A DNA stretch of 63,945 nucleotides, filler included, from Octopus bimaculoides (taxonomy: Eukaryota): assembly GCF_001194135.2 (NCBI RefSeq). It is 6 parts of 5 records of this genome, joined end to end, with 100 filler letters (N's around TTAATTAATTAA, not from the genome) between each part and the next. Parts side by side here need not be neighbours in the genome. Positions count along the whole stretch, not along the records: positions 62,802 to 63,945 come from NC_068990.1; 5 more parts are not named here. One strand, written 5' to 3'. Below the pieces are notes generated by a model. The model searched no databases and was not told the DNA's origin. It saw only the letters and a list, made by a program, of their open reading frames with translations. The position numbers and the translations under genes were made by a program. Position 1 is the stretch's first letter. Each line of letters begins with the position of its first letter. Positions 63,858-63,945 of the stretch are shown one piece after another.

Positions 63858-63902
63858 GGCCAGAGTTCTTTCGTCACACTTCTGTGACCTCATCAGTGGT
63901 CC
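63858..63902 (-). ncRNA. Type-I hammerhead ribozyme motif with a 2-nt-loop stem III
   Basis: Minus strand GGACCA CTGATGA G GTCACA GAAG TGTGAC GAAA G AA C TC TGGCC: complete core, perfect 6-bp stem II, A-U/G-C stem III, CUC triplet, 5-bp stem I with one bulge. Confidence 0.8.
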
Positions 63903-63945
63903 TTTGTTTCCTTCCTTCTTATGTGTGTCTCACCTTGCTAAATAT

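Overview
AT-rich, microsatellite-dense eukaryotic DNA with about 7.6 kb of N gaps (my count, ~12%). The SINE families and repeat landscape resemble a coleoid cephalopod such as Octopus; this is an inference, not a lookup. I recognise no host protein-coding gene, so the window is intergenic or deep-intronic. The long ORFs in the track are artefacts of N runs and simple repeats. Supported content: (1) one intact initiator tRNA-Met gene at 46099-46170 with a poly-T terminator; (2) decayed non-LTR retrotransposons of the L1/Tx1, R4/Dong-like RLE, RTE and Penelope-like (PLE) groups; (3) DNA transposon remnants: mariner DD34D, maT-type DD37D, Helitron helicase, Chapaev-like, and hAT and Tigger-like MITEs; (4) many copies of four SINE-like families. 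The most interesting signal, which the ORF track does not show, is four minimal type-I hammerhead ribozyme motifs (28684-28729, 48278-48312, 57820-57852, 63858-63902) plus one decayed candidate. They fall in three different flanking contexts, in a window that also holds three PLE coding remnants, which suggests retrozyme-like non-autonomous elements. A second theme is repeated insertion of unrelated elements into (TAA)n arrays, including a ~545-bp element with no tRNA head and a defined 5' end.
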